Shown one piece after another: positions 25,221-35,883 of a stretch of DNA of 64,000 bases; within the stretch, counting starts at the first letter, position 1; every line of letters begins with the position of its first letter. The notes beneath the pieces were generated by a model. The model searched no databases. It was not told the DNA's origin and saw only the letters and a program-made list of their open reading frames with translations. Made by a program: the position numbers and the translations under genes. Source of the stretch: Zootoca vivipara (Eukaryota); assembly GCF_963506605.1 (NCBI RefSeq), contig NC_083276.1:49786001-49850000 (forward strand), given 5' to 3'.

Positions 25221-28200
25221 GAATTTTGGAATGTTTAAACTAAGCACATGCTGACTGGGGTAATCTCTTCTTCTGAGTGTATTGGGGAATGCTTTGAGAA
25301 ACTTGGGATGCCAAACTCGTGGTAGAACATGGCCATAAACTTCTCCAAGTTATCACCAAGGCTGCTCTGGGTGTATATATTTCGTTCTACAGCTCAGGAT
25401 AGAAGATAAGTTGTAGAAAAGAAGAGAAGATCACCTCCTTTTCCTGTAATCTCCCAGTTAGGTTTTTTTGCCATTTTTTCATAGAGCTACCACCCATGAT
25501 AGCTATTTTATACCTCAGCTGTAGGAGGCCTCAAGTCCTGCTTGTGGGCTACCCATATACATCTCATTAGCCACTGTGAGAACAGGATGCTGTACTAGGG
25601 GGCCTTTCGCCTGATCCAATCAGCAGGTTCTTAACGTTTTTATATGCCGCAATGTCAACATCTCTTTCCTGGCTATCTCAGATATCAACTGAAGTGTTAT
25701 CTTTGTCTCAGTATATATAAGTTTGTATGTAACTTGCCTTTAACCTCATCCAGCATTTTGTGGCTCATTCATCCAGTTTCAAGAGGTTTTTTTTTTTACA
25801 CTCTTCACAGTTCTCTTGGGTTTTTGCTATCCTGAATAATGTGTCATCCATAAACTGGACTAACTTACTGCTCATCTCTGACTCCAAATCACTTTATGAA
25901 TAAGCTAAATAGCATTGATTCCAATTAAAATTCTTTGTCATTATCTACTTTTAGCACCTAATGTCAGTATTGCTTATTAACAGTTTTCATCCCAGGGGAA
26001 AGCTGTAGTGTAAACATTATGTAAAAAGCATTTTCCTTAGAGAAAAACATTCTCATGTAGCTTACTTGAACTCCTTTCTGTTTGCTTAATGCTATGGGAA
26101 CTTAGAGGAGCATTTGATGGTACATTGCATGCTTTCCTAGTACACACTTGACAGAAAATCTGCTTCCATACTCTGCACACCTGTGCTTCTGGTATCTTTG
26201 TACTGTGGCAAATAATTCCAAGCTATATTGGGTACATAACTGTGTGTTAAGTGTTATTTTATTTTGCTTTTCATTCAACATTAGTTGTTAAGCTGCTGTT
26301 TTTTCCAATGTTCTGTTCACTTTGCCTGTTGCTTAGGAAGCATTTGGCCACTTCTTCCTCTCTTCTAATTGGTCCTGATGGCTCTTAGAAGGCTGGAAGA
26401 AAGATTTATATCTTTAATAAGGATCAGGTAGCCTGTGGCTGCTGCATCCCTCTATGGAGCAATTCAAAACATTCCATTGAATAAGGATATTTCTTTTCAG
26501 CAGCCTATAAGTGAGAGGCAGCTAATTGCTGATCCTTCCACCAGGCTGTTCCAGTGAGCCATTTTTTTCCTAACTACAATTATTCCTTGGGGCACCATTC
26601 TTTCCACAATTCATGATTCTTTGAGGGCTTGAAGAATAGGCAGTGCTTTTTTCCACAGTCTGAGAGGAAAGGGGACAGCGACTTTTTAGAAAGCAGACAG
26701 AATTGAAAAATATGCATACCTCTTATTTCGACTTCTGGCTGAGCAGTCCAACAGCGGACCACTTTTTTGCATCACATTTGGATGCAGGTTATGAGGGTGT
26801 CTCTGCTGTGTAGGCCTTGGGACTGTAAAGCACATTATTCTGCTAATCCCATTTTAAAATGTTGATTTCAAAAAGGATGCCTTTACTTGAAACCTGTGTT
26901 GAGTTGTGCACTCCACAGCTTAGTTGACTGCCAAATGATTTTTGTGGTTGAAAGGTAACTTCAAAATGTTCAGCCACTTTTCAGGTATTTATTGGGACAA
27001 GTCTCATGCTATGTGGGAAACTATAAATAAGAGCTCATTTACAAGCGCGCACACACCCTAAATGAATATGAAATTATATGATTATTATTTTAATAACAGT
27101 GTGAAAAATTATTTTCTTGGTCTAAGGCTATATGCTGGTTCCATACTTCGCTGTCCATAGGGTAGCAACATGGAAATAAATGAAATTTAAGCTAGTCATG
27201 ATTTCACTGGTTCCACTCTATGACTACATAAGATTCAACCCTATGAGTCTATTTCTGGATATTATCTAGGTGGAAGATTTGCTAGGAATGGAAGTGGTTG
27301 GTATCTTGTTTCTGTAGTAGATGTTTTCATGAACCACTTAATGTTACAACATGTACTGTTTTAAGCAAAAATTCAAATGAAACGTTAATAGGAAAGAAAT
27401 TGGTTATTTACCACTGACAGTAGCATACAGTGGTCCAGTAGGCAGTCAAATAGTACTTTAGTGTATGCTAGTTGCATTAACACTTGAACTCCCTTGGTCC
27501 CAATCTTCTAACTCTTGTGTGCAATATTCCATCACTGTTGGGAGAATAGGCTTGAGTGGTGCTGGGCTGAGGGGGTAGGTTGCTGCTGGCCTTTCAGACA
27601 ATGGAACTGAAGAGGTCTCGGTGGAGCACACAACACTTAAGAAATGCTGGTGTTACCAACAGTCTCACAGTCATATCCAGTAGGTGCCCATTGTGCGAAA
27701 ACTTAGCCATGTTCCAGAACTTAAACAGAGGAGCAGCAGGCCCACATGATGAAACTGTTGCAGGATGATCCCATTGCATTACTGTGGGTGTGGGGATGGA
27801 TGTTTGAATGTTTCACCACGTGAAGTACCCGGGGCTCTTACATAATTAGCTAGTTAAAGAGAAGGCTTTTCATTAGCCTTTGCACGACATGACGTGTTAG
27901 CTTTTGTGGTCAAACAATCAGTTCACACACTTGTGGAAGGTAATGGTGCAGCCCAGCAATAAATGTGTGACTGCTGCTTGTCTATTTTAACTCCTACATA
28001 TAAATTACAAAAGAATAGTGCTGTAGCTGCTGCAAAGAGGGGTTTGAATTTTTCTGAATTACAAAAAATAGGGTATGTACTGCTCACAAAGTGATAGACA
28101 CGTAAAAGAACACATTCCTGAAGGAAGTTATGTGAAATGAGTACAACAAACGAGTACTCAACATGCAGTGCTTATACAAATGCTATTTAGAACCACCAGG

Positions 28201-28259
28201 CTAATTGTAGGCAATTTAAGCATTTGAGAATTTTTTAGGACATAGTAACATCTTATACA

Positions 28260-28601
28260 GGGTGGCGCTGTGGATTAAACCACAGAGCCTAGGGCTTGCC
28301 GATCAGAAGGTCAGCGGTTCGAATCCCCGCGACAGGGTGAGCTCCCGTTGCTCGGTCCCAGCCAACCTAGCAGTTTGAAAGCACGTCAAAGTGCAAGTAG
28401 ATAAATAGGTACCGCTACAGTGGAAGGTAAACGGCGTTTCCGTGTGCTGCTCTGGTTTGCCACAAGCGGCTTTGTCATGCTGGCCACATGACCTGGAAGC
28501 TGTACGCCACCTCCCTCGGCCAATAACGCGAGATGAGCGCCGCAACCCCAGAGTCGGTCACGATTGGACCTAATGGTCAGGGGTCCCTTTACCTTTACCT
28601 T
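28260..28601 (+). mobile_element. Sauria SINE, near full length
   Basis: tRNA-derived head with B box GGTTCGAATCC; (ACCTTT)n tail; TSD TAACATCTTATACA. Confidence 0.92.
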
Positions 28602-28828
28602 TAACATCTTATACATGCTGTTTCCTTTCCCAACTTGTGTGCATCATCCTGTTATCTTCTTGCCTATTTCATGGCCTTTTTTGTGCCACAGATTTCTGCC
28701 TTTCAGGCATTGGCTGAAAGATATTTTTATATGCTCAGGCTTTTGACAGCATTTAAGTTTGGTGAGATTTTATCCATACATTTCCTGCTATAATACTAAT
28801 TTCTGTTATAACTTGTTGTATTATTGGG

Positions 28829-28856
28829 GTGTGTGTGTGTGTGTGTGTGTGTGTGT
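28829..28856. repeat. (GT)n microsatellite about 100 bp before the last AMBRA1 exon
   Basis: Seen directly. Confidence 0.95.
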
Positions 28857-28954
28857 CTTTTAAATAAATGTTGTCAGCTGCCTTTTCGATGAAAAGATAG
28901 GGATACAAATCTTCTAAACAAAAATTAAGCTGCCTCCCTCTTCCTCTCTTCCAG

Positions 28955-29442
28955 GTGGTCCAGAATATGGGGCTTCTGGGGAGGATGCTCTAATCCGAAT
29001 CCAAAGGCTGATGGCTGAGGGTGGCATGACTGCTGTGGTCCAGCGAGAGCAAAGCACCACCATGGCATCCATGGGTGGTTTTGGCAACAATATCATTGTG
29101 AGTCACCGGATCCACCGCAGTTCTCAAACTGGCACTGAATCCATTGGAACAGATGGTAGCTCAGCTCAGCCGTCCACTTCCCAGGAGCTGTTATCCGAGC
29201 TTGAAGGACGAACCCTTTCTGAGTCCATGCAGGTGACAGAGCGTGGCTTGAGCCCACGGACATCCTCTGATGAGGTGGAGGGAGAAGAAGCTAGTGGGCA
29301 GAGCCTGTCAGAGCAGGCTCAGTCCTCGATGGACACTGAGGGACCAGTTGAGTACAGTGACCTAAGTAATAATAACCATCTTCCTGACAATACCAACTTC
29401 TACAGTAATGGTGGCACCAGTGGAGAATCTCGGAACAGGTAG
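28955..29442 (+). CDS. AMBRA1: AMBRA1 last coding exon ([59 protein letters not shown]...ESRNR*)
   Basis: ctcttccag acceptor ending 28954; in frame with ORF 29011-29442; conserved AMBRA1 motif and terminal RNR, then TAG at 29440-29442. Confidence 0.95.
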
Positions 29443-31155
29443 AGGTGAATTGTATTTTGGTGCTACTCTTGTACTGCTAAGCAGAGACTTGTACCTCACA
29501 ACTGACCAGGAACTGAAGGAGTAGGAGATTTTGGCTCTGACCAGATGCTGGTAACTCAGTGGGCATTGGTATATAGGGTGGGAGATGAGAGGGAGACCAT
29601 CAGTTGTATAGGAGGATCCTTAAAAGAGGTTTTATTCTGTGTCTTAGCTTCCCGCATCCGTTTTGCTGCACATTTTCTACAGTAGCTGTAATAAACCTTG
29701 ATATTCAGCTGAGCCTTATGTAAATTTCTCAGCTCACTGGCTACAGGAATCCATTAAGCTTTGCCCTAACCCTGCAGTGCTTTTAATGTTACTCTTTGTT
29801 TTGGGTTTTTTGTTTTTTTTAAAAAAACCTCTTTCCCTTCTTTTGACTTACCAGCTAATCAGATAAAAAAGGACTGTAGTCTCTTCCTTTTGGAGATCTG
29901 CAACCTTTATTGAGTGTGTATGTTTAAGTGCTACTGTGGAGGGGATTTGCACCCCAGCTCTGCTACCAGAGTGGAATTATCTTCCAGGCCAGAGTTCTAT
30001 TCCCTGCCACCCTGCTAGCAAGTGCTAGGCAACTCTTCAGGAGTTGAATATTTGGATGGCTTGAGATAATGCAGACTGGATGAGGCAAGGTAGTCTTCTC
30101 CAGGGCTCTATTCTACTCTTCTTTCCAGCCCAGAACTGGAGGTGGGGAGAGCTTTGCTTGGGCTTCACCATCCCTTCATGCTCAGGAACCTCTCGGGAGT
30201 GTGGGCCTTTTAGAGTATCTACTTTGTATGCAAGCAGGACCCTCTTAGGGGCTGCTGTGGGTGGGGCAACATTATAGTTGTAAAGCATGTGGGTAGGGTG
30301 GGAACCGCACCCCAATAAAAATGGCACTTAGACAGAAGTTGCCCAGGACTTCGCACCCCTTGCTGTGCCAATAATAGTAATTCAACCTGGCGAGGCTTGG
30401 CGGGATCATGGTGCCATGGCCAGGTTGCACTTCCCTGGGTGGGGCGGGGTGGGGTGGGTGGGAAGAGAGGGTTAGCTCCGCGTCAGAGCGTGAGGTATGT
30501 GTCTGTGATGTAAGGTGTTGCATGTGAAAAACCTTGACCTTGTACATGTAGTTTCTAGTGGAGAAATCAAGGCGCTGATATTTTTTTGTTTCTAGTCTAA
30601 AATGTGATTTTCCTTTTCGTTTGTAACTCTCCATCCCAGTGAGCTTGTAGCAGGAAGGTAGGGGGAGAGTGTGCTAATGAGGGAAACACCAAAGATCAAC
30701 GTCATTAAAATATGACAAACCCTTCTCTGGACTCCTGTCTTCTCTTGTGGGTAAGGGGTTGGGTTGAACGTATTTGGAATAATGGGCTCATGCTTGTGCC
30801 ACCCTTTCACTTGACCATACTTTGGGGGAAGAGGGGAGCTTTCTCCTGAAAGTCCCAGGAAAAATGTGTGGGAGAGGTTCTTCTCTGCTTGGCTCTGGAA
30901 ACAAGCAGTATTGGCCTGCTTTGCTGAGGAACTGAATTCTTTTAAGCTTTGGTTTTTTATTATTAAAAAAAACACGGATCTTGGATGAGAAGAAAGGAAA
31001 CAGCTAGTTACCCTGCTGGTGCAGGAAAGTGAATTTACCCTGATACTTCTGAAAAATGCTTACACAGCACCTGCAAGAGACTGCCCTCAGCCTAGCTCCT
31101 GTGTCTTCTCAGCACCATGAGTGCATGACAATAAATAAAGCCTATTGTTAAGTAG
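29443..31155 (+). other. AMBRA1: Probable AMBRA1 3' UTR
   Basis: Repeat-free stretch after the stop codon with AATAAA at 29690, 30314 and overlapping AATAAATAAA at 31130-31139. The true end is inferred. Confidence 0.55.
31130..31139 (+). terminator. Candidate AMBRA1 polyadenylation signal (two overlapping AATAAA)
   Basis: AATAAATAAA at the end of the repeat-free post-stop region. Confidence 0.45.
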
Positions 31156-32514
31156 CTCTTATGCTCACAGTCAGAGGAGTCTGTTAGAGAACATTAAGCA
31201 AACGTTTCCTTAAATCACAGCATGGAAATGAACTTTAAATCAAATCAGCTGGCTGCCAGGCCTCATCAGAGTGTTAATGAAGCACTAAAATCTGCCCTGT
31301 GCCAGTTGCACTTCTAAGCTACAGGAGCCTTGGCCAGATAATGGAATTCCCATCTATAGCTTTGCCGCATGCCTACATGGGAATAGATTAATGCCCAGAG
31401 TTCACAAATGGCTCACTACACTGGAGGAAAGTGGGTATGTGAGATGGGGGTGTGGTGGGTTGGGAAGGCTTGCATTACATAAGCAGGAGAGTGAATCAGG
31501 ATGTTTCATGCAAAAGACTACATTTTTTCTAAAGTCTCCTTCTTCCCTAAGAACTTGCAGAGAATACCCGCCAGATCAGTTCTTAATTGCCTTTCCCTGC
31601 CACTGGTGACCAAACAGCAAGGTTGAAGGTCCTGGTGTTAAATAGAAAACTATTATTTCTTTTGGTGCTGTTTCTTGAAAGGAATTTGGAGCCTCATGTT
31701 TGTTTTTTTCTTCTCAGAAGACTGGCCAGGACTTTTGTTTTGTTTTTGCAATTATTGAGCTGCACATAGATTTTAAATTTCATAATGAGCCAGTGTTTTC
31801 CAATATCTGGGTTGAGGCAACACATTTTTGGCATGATTGCTATTACCAAGCCAGGAGACAGAACAAAAATACTGAACATTATGAAGTGATATTGGTGGGT
31901 CTCTTATTTAAAATACACAGGTTCTGGTGATAAGTGAACTTCCTCCCTCCCTGGTTTTGATCACATTGAAATAATGTCTGAAAGTGCAACCCACATGGCA
32001 GGGTTGAACACATAAGTCCGTCTTACGGAATTGGCATCCCCAAGGGTGCTGATTCCATGGGAAGCCCCCTCCTGTGCCCATGTGATGTGCTGCTGCTGTG
32101 TTATTTGTAGTGTGGGGGTCACTCCATATTCTACTCAAATGCTGTGGGGTGTGAATGTGAAGGAAGCCTGACCAATCAGATCTTGTAGCTGCAGCCTAAT
32201 CAGCTTTTCTTAATGGACTCTGTTCCTCTGGAAAAGGGACATGAAAACTTTCTTAAGAGCTAGGTAATGTTTAAAAAACATAATAAGTTCGAATCCTGTT
32301 GCATGGGGTATGAAAAGCAGGTAGGATCTGCCAATGCTGCAGACAACATTTGCGATGAAGATGGAAACACTGGATGGATGGACTACAAAATGTGAGCAGC
32401 CTAGGAGGCAGTAATGAACAGTGGGTAGGTACCACTTCTTTCCCCACTCCCCCCAAGTTGTACTGATTACGACCAATTTACTTTTTTGAGTTAGTGGGTA
32501 GACTTGGTGCCTCT

Positions 32515-32740
32515 CTTAGTGTGGTGTAGTGGTTGGAGTGGTGGACTTGTAATCTGGTGAACCGGGTTCGATTCCCTGCTCCTCCACATGCAGCTGCTGG
32601 GTGACCTTGGGCTAGTCACACTTCTTTGAAGTCTCTCAGCCCCACCCACCTCACAGGGTGTTTGTTGTGGGGGAGGAGGGGAAAGGAGATTGTTAGCCGC
32701 TTTGAGACTCCTTAGGGTAGTGATAAAGCGGGGTATCAAA
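32515..32740 (+). mobile_element. tRNA-headed SINE with L2-like tail (Squam3-like), running into the assembly gap
   Basis: A box TGGTGTAGTGG, B box GGTTCGATTCC and a CCTCACAGGGTG core. Confidence 0.75.
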
Positions 32741-32931
32741 NNNNNNNNNNNNNNNNNNNNNNNNNNNNNNNNNNNNNNNNNNNNNNNNNNNNNNNNNNNN
32801 NNNNNNNNNNNNNNNNNNNNNNNNNNNNNNNNNNNNNNNNNNNNNNNNNNNNNNNNNNNNNNNNNNNNNNNNNNNNNNNNNNNNNNNNNNNNNNNNNNNN
32901 NNNNNNNNNNNNNNNNNNNNNNNNNNNNNNN
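32741..32931. other. Assembly gap (191 N)
   Basis: Run of N. Confidence 0.99.
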
Positions 32932-33889
32932 AATTACAGGGGTGCCAGGGGGACCCAACCCCTTTTGTGATGTCCCCCTTAGCTACTATTTTTTAGAAAG
33001 CTAAAGCATGATGGAGCTAAAACAGGGAGGGGGTGTTGATTTCATTAAGCCGGCTTGCTTTCCTCTATAATTCAAGCACTAATGCTTGGGATGATAGCAG
33101 TGCACACAAAGGACACATACATAACCATGTCATATTGCATACATTTGCCTCTGGTATATCTGAGTTGGTCCTCCAGCTGCTCTGGAAATGCCTTTTGATG
33201 AGTGGGATATAAATAAAAGGCAGTGGGAACCTCTGAGCCCACCTCTTATGCTAGGGAAGTGCAACCTGTGGTTCTGTGCAGATGTTGTTGGATTCCAGCT
33301 CCCTTCAGCTCCATGTAACATGGCTAATGCTCTAAGATCGTGGGAATTGCAATCTAGCAACATCTGGAAAGCTGCAGGTTTACCACCCTTCCCTTACACT
33401 GTATCTGCACCTCTACATCTCCATAGCTTCTCACTGTATTCAGTTGCATCACTAGCCTTTTGCAGATGTATTTCTGCAAAGGGTTCTCACACATGAACAG
33501 GGTAGTGCCAAGGAGCTACACCTTTGTCATTGACTAACCCTTCCCTTGGTGTCTACTCTGCACAGCGAGTCACATACCTATTCCTATTCCTTCCACAATA
33601 AATGGGAAGGATGGGTTTCATAAGACCAACATTATTTATTTTGAGGACTACTGTCTGACGAACACATATCTCTGAGTGGTGTACTGGTCTTGTCACCACT
33701 AGAACATGCAGCTTTCCATTGAGGTGACAACTTGTAACATTTAAACAAAACCTGGATCGGTAAACCTGACTATGTGCTCCTACTGTTTGCTGATGTTCCC
33801 AGAGTCCACAGCTGGAAATTAAATGAGAGAGCTATCATTTGGGTGCAGGGAGTCATCTGAAGACTCAAGGCTTTTCTTGGCTCAGCCAC

Positions 33890-34230
33890 CTGCTAGACAT
33901 CTTAAGAAGCATGGATGAAGGAGAAGGCTGGCGAGAAAATGTATTAAACTTTCAAAAAGCCTTTTGATAAAAAAAGCCCCACACAAGGCAGGTGTTTAAG
34001 GAAATGTGGCCACCTTTAGGGTTAGAGGTAAGGTTCTCTTGTAGATTAAAACCAGTTGTGATAGGAAGCTGAAATAAATGGCCAATTCTCAGCGTGAAAG
34101 GTTAATAATAGGTTGGGCCAAGGATCTAAACCAAGGCCCACGTTCTATAAATGTCTTAATGAGCGTCAAGAAGGGTGCTACAAGAACAGTGAAACTTGCT
34201 GATGACACACAGTTATCTAGGTTACTCAAG
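33890..34230 (+). mobile_element. Highly degraded CR1 RT fragment
   Basis: FQKAF-like motif near 33950 and KLADDT near 34190. Confidence 0.5.
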
Positions 34231-34447
34231 AGGAGGAGGGAACTGGGAATACTAAGCTGTTGTGGAACTCTGGTTAAGAGCTGGCAAAAAGGGGAAACTA
34301 CTTAATGGTGAAAAAGGCAGAGTAGAACCCTCTTAGGCAATGACTGGAAAAAGGTTGGCTAGAAACTCCTTAAAGCCCCAGTAGAAGATGTTCAGAGGCC
34401 AAGCCAGCACTGGGCCCAAATTTTTGAACATGAACAAGAGTAAAGAT

Positions 34448-34684
34448 AAAATAAAAAAATTCCTTCAGTAGCACCTTAAAGACCAACTAAGTTTTTATTT
34501 TGGTATGAGCTTTCGTGTGCATGCACACTTCTTCAGATGCACACTTCTTCAGATGTGGTATCTGAAGAAGTGTGCATGCACACGAAAGCTCATACCAAAA
34601 TAAAAACTTAGTTGGTCTTTAAGGTGCTACTGAAGGAATTTTTTTATTTTACTTCGATCCAGACCAACACGGCTACCTACCTGT
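34448..34684 (+). mobile_element. Penelope-like (PLE) fold-back mini-insertion with hammerhead ribozyme
   Basis: Perfect 91-bp inverted arms (34448-34538 and 34560-34650); tail ending CAGACCAACACGGCTACCTACCTGT; 15-bp TSD AACAAGAGTAAAGAT (34433-34447, 34685-34699). Confidence 0.85.
34556..34597 (+). ncRNA. Minimal type I hammerhead ribozyme (PLE-associated)
   Basis: Stem I UGGUAU/AUACCA; core CUGAAGA plus an extra A; palindromic stem II GUGUGCAUGCACAC; GAAA; 4-nt palindromic stem III AGCU; predicted cleavage after C34591. Confidence 0.8.
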
Positions 34685-34705
34685 AACAAGAGTAAAGATG
34701 CAAAC

Positions 34706-34965
34706 AAGGCAATTGTTGGCATCTGTCTGTCTCGGGAGGCAATGGAGTATGCCTCCAGGGGTGAAGTCAAACCGCTGTGTTAGCAATACTGAAAGGACCT
34801 CCCTGGGGCACAAGCCTGGGCAACCTGTATGGAAGTGCTGGGCTGCCCAGATTCCCCCTCTCAACCTTTATGAGATACACTAGTCCAAAGGAAAGCGGAG
34901 CAATACTTTTGGTACCAGCTTGGCTACAGGAGTTGCCAGAAGGAGATGTACAAGGCTATCTTCCC
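34706..34965 (-). repeat. Interspersed repeat, probably RTE-related; second copy at about 63470-63645
   Basis: Both loci share GACCTCCCTGGG...TGGGCTGCCCAG...CAGGAGTTGCCAGAAGGAG. Confidence 0.55.
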
Positions 34966-35618
34966 AGGTTGACAAGCTTCCCTCTAGAGCACATGCAGCA
35001 ACTGCCTTCTTGCCTGTTGGACTCACTATTGGTCTCATGCGCTCCATCTACCAGAGCCTGTCTTTGCATACAGGGGAAGTCCCTAACTCACCGAGTGTTT
35101 GAGACCAATCTGTGGGATTTAATCCACTGGGAGCAGTCAAATACAACATTCCTTGTTTTGCTAGAGTGGACATGCAAGGAGTGTTTGGTCCAGCCAGTCG
35201 AAACTTCCTGTTCCTCCTGGCCTGGAGCATCCTTCCTTGCATGTGACTAGTGGGTGGGTGTGACCTTTCCAGACCTGGTAAAGGGCCAAGGCATGCTGCC
35301 ACTCTCTCTCTTTTCCATCTTCTTTTCGTCCTGCGAACTTCCTGGCCTGGAATGAACTGGCTGCCAGCCAAGCAGTCCCTCAGGTCATCTCCCGTATGGG
35401 GTAAACCTGTTTTTATACGTTTGTAACTTTAAGCCTAAAGCCTGCCTTCAGGGATCTCACTGTGCCCTGCCTGATTGTGAGTAAACTTTTTTTATTTCTT
35501 AGGAATAAGACTGTGGTGTCTTTATTCTTTTAGGAGGGATTCAAGGGGTCTTACCAGGAAAATATTAGAACACATTTCAATCTGACAAGCCAAATTGAAT
35601 TGTGTATTGTCTTAAGAA

Positions 35619-35883
35619 CTGGAAGGACAGATCGTGAAACTGAGGCTCCAATACTTTGGCCACCTCATGAGAAGAGAAGAATCCTTGGAAAAGACCCTTA
35701 CGTTGGGAAAGATTGAGGGCACTAGGAGAAGGGGACGACAGAGGATGAGATGGTTGGACAGTGTTCTCGAAGCTACGAACATGAGTTTGACCAAACTGTG
35801 GGAGGCAGTGCAAGACAGGAGTGCCTGGCGTGCTATGGTCCATGGGGTCACGAAGAGTCGGACACGACTAAGCAACAACAACA
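35619..35883 (+). mobile_element. BovB LINE 3' fragment
   Basis: Encodes LQYFGHLMRREESLEKTL..GKIEG.RRRGRQRMRWLD; (CAA)n tail; TSD ATTGTCTTAAGAA. Confidence 0.92.

Noticed and set aside
31107-31127. RE1 site TCTCAGCACCATGAGTGCATG
   Set aside because: Only the left half-site matches; the GGACAG half is absent.
32515-32590. tRNA gene
   Set aside because: The A and B boxes belong to a SINE head that continues into SINE body; the same applies at 28260 and 51400.
32491-33004. ORFs containing X runs
   Set aside because: Artefacts of the assembly gap.
35020-35580. Solo LTR
   Set aside because: It has an LTR-like AGTAAA and GT-rich segment, but I could not find TG...CA ends with a TSD.
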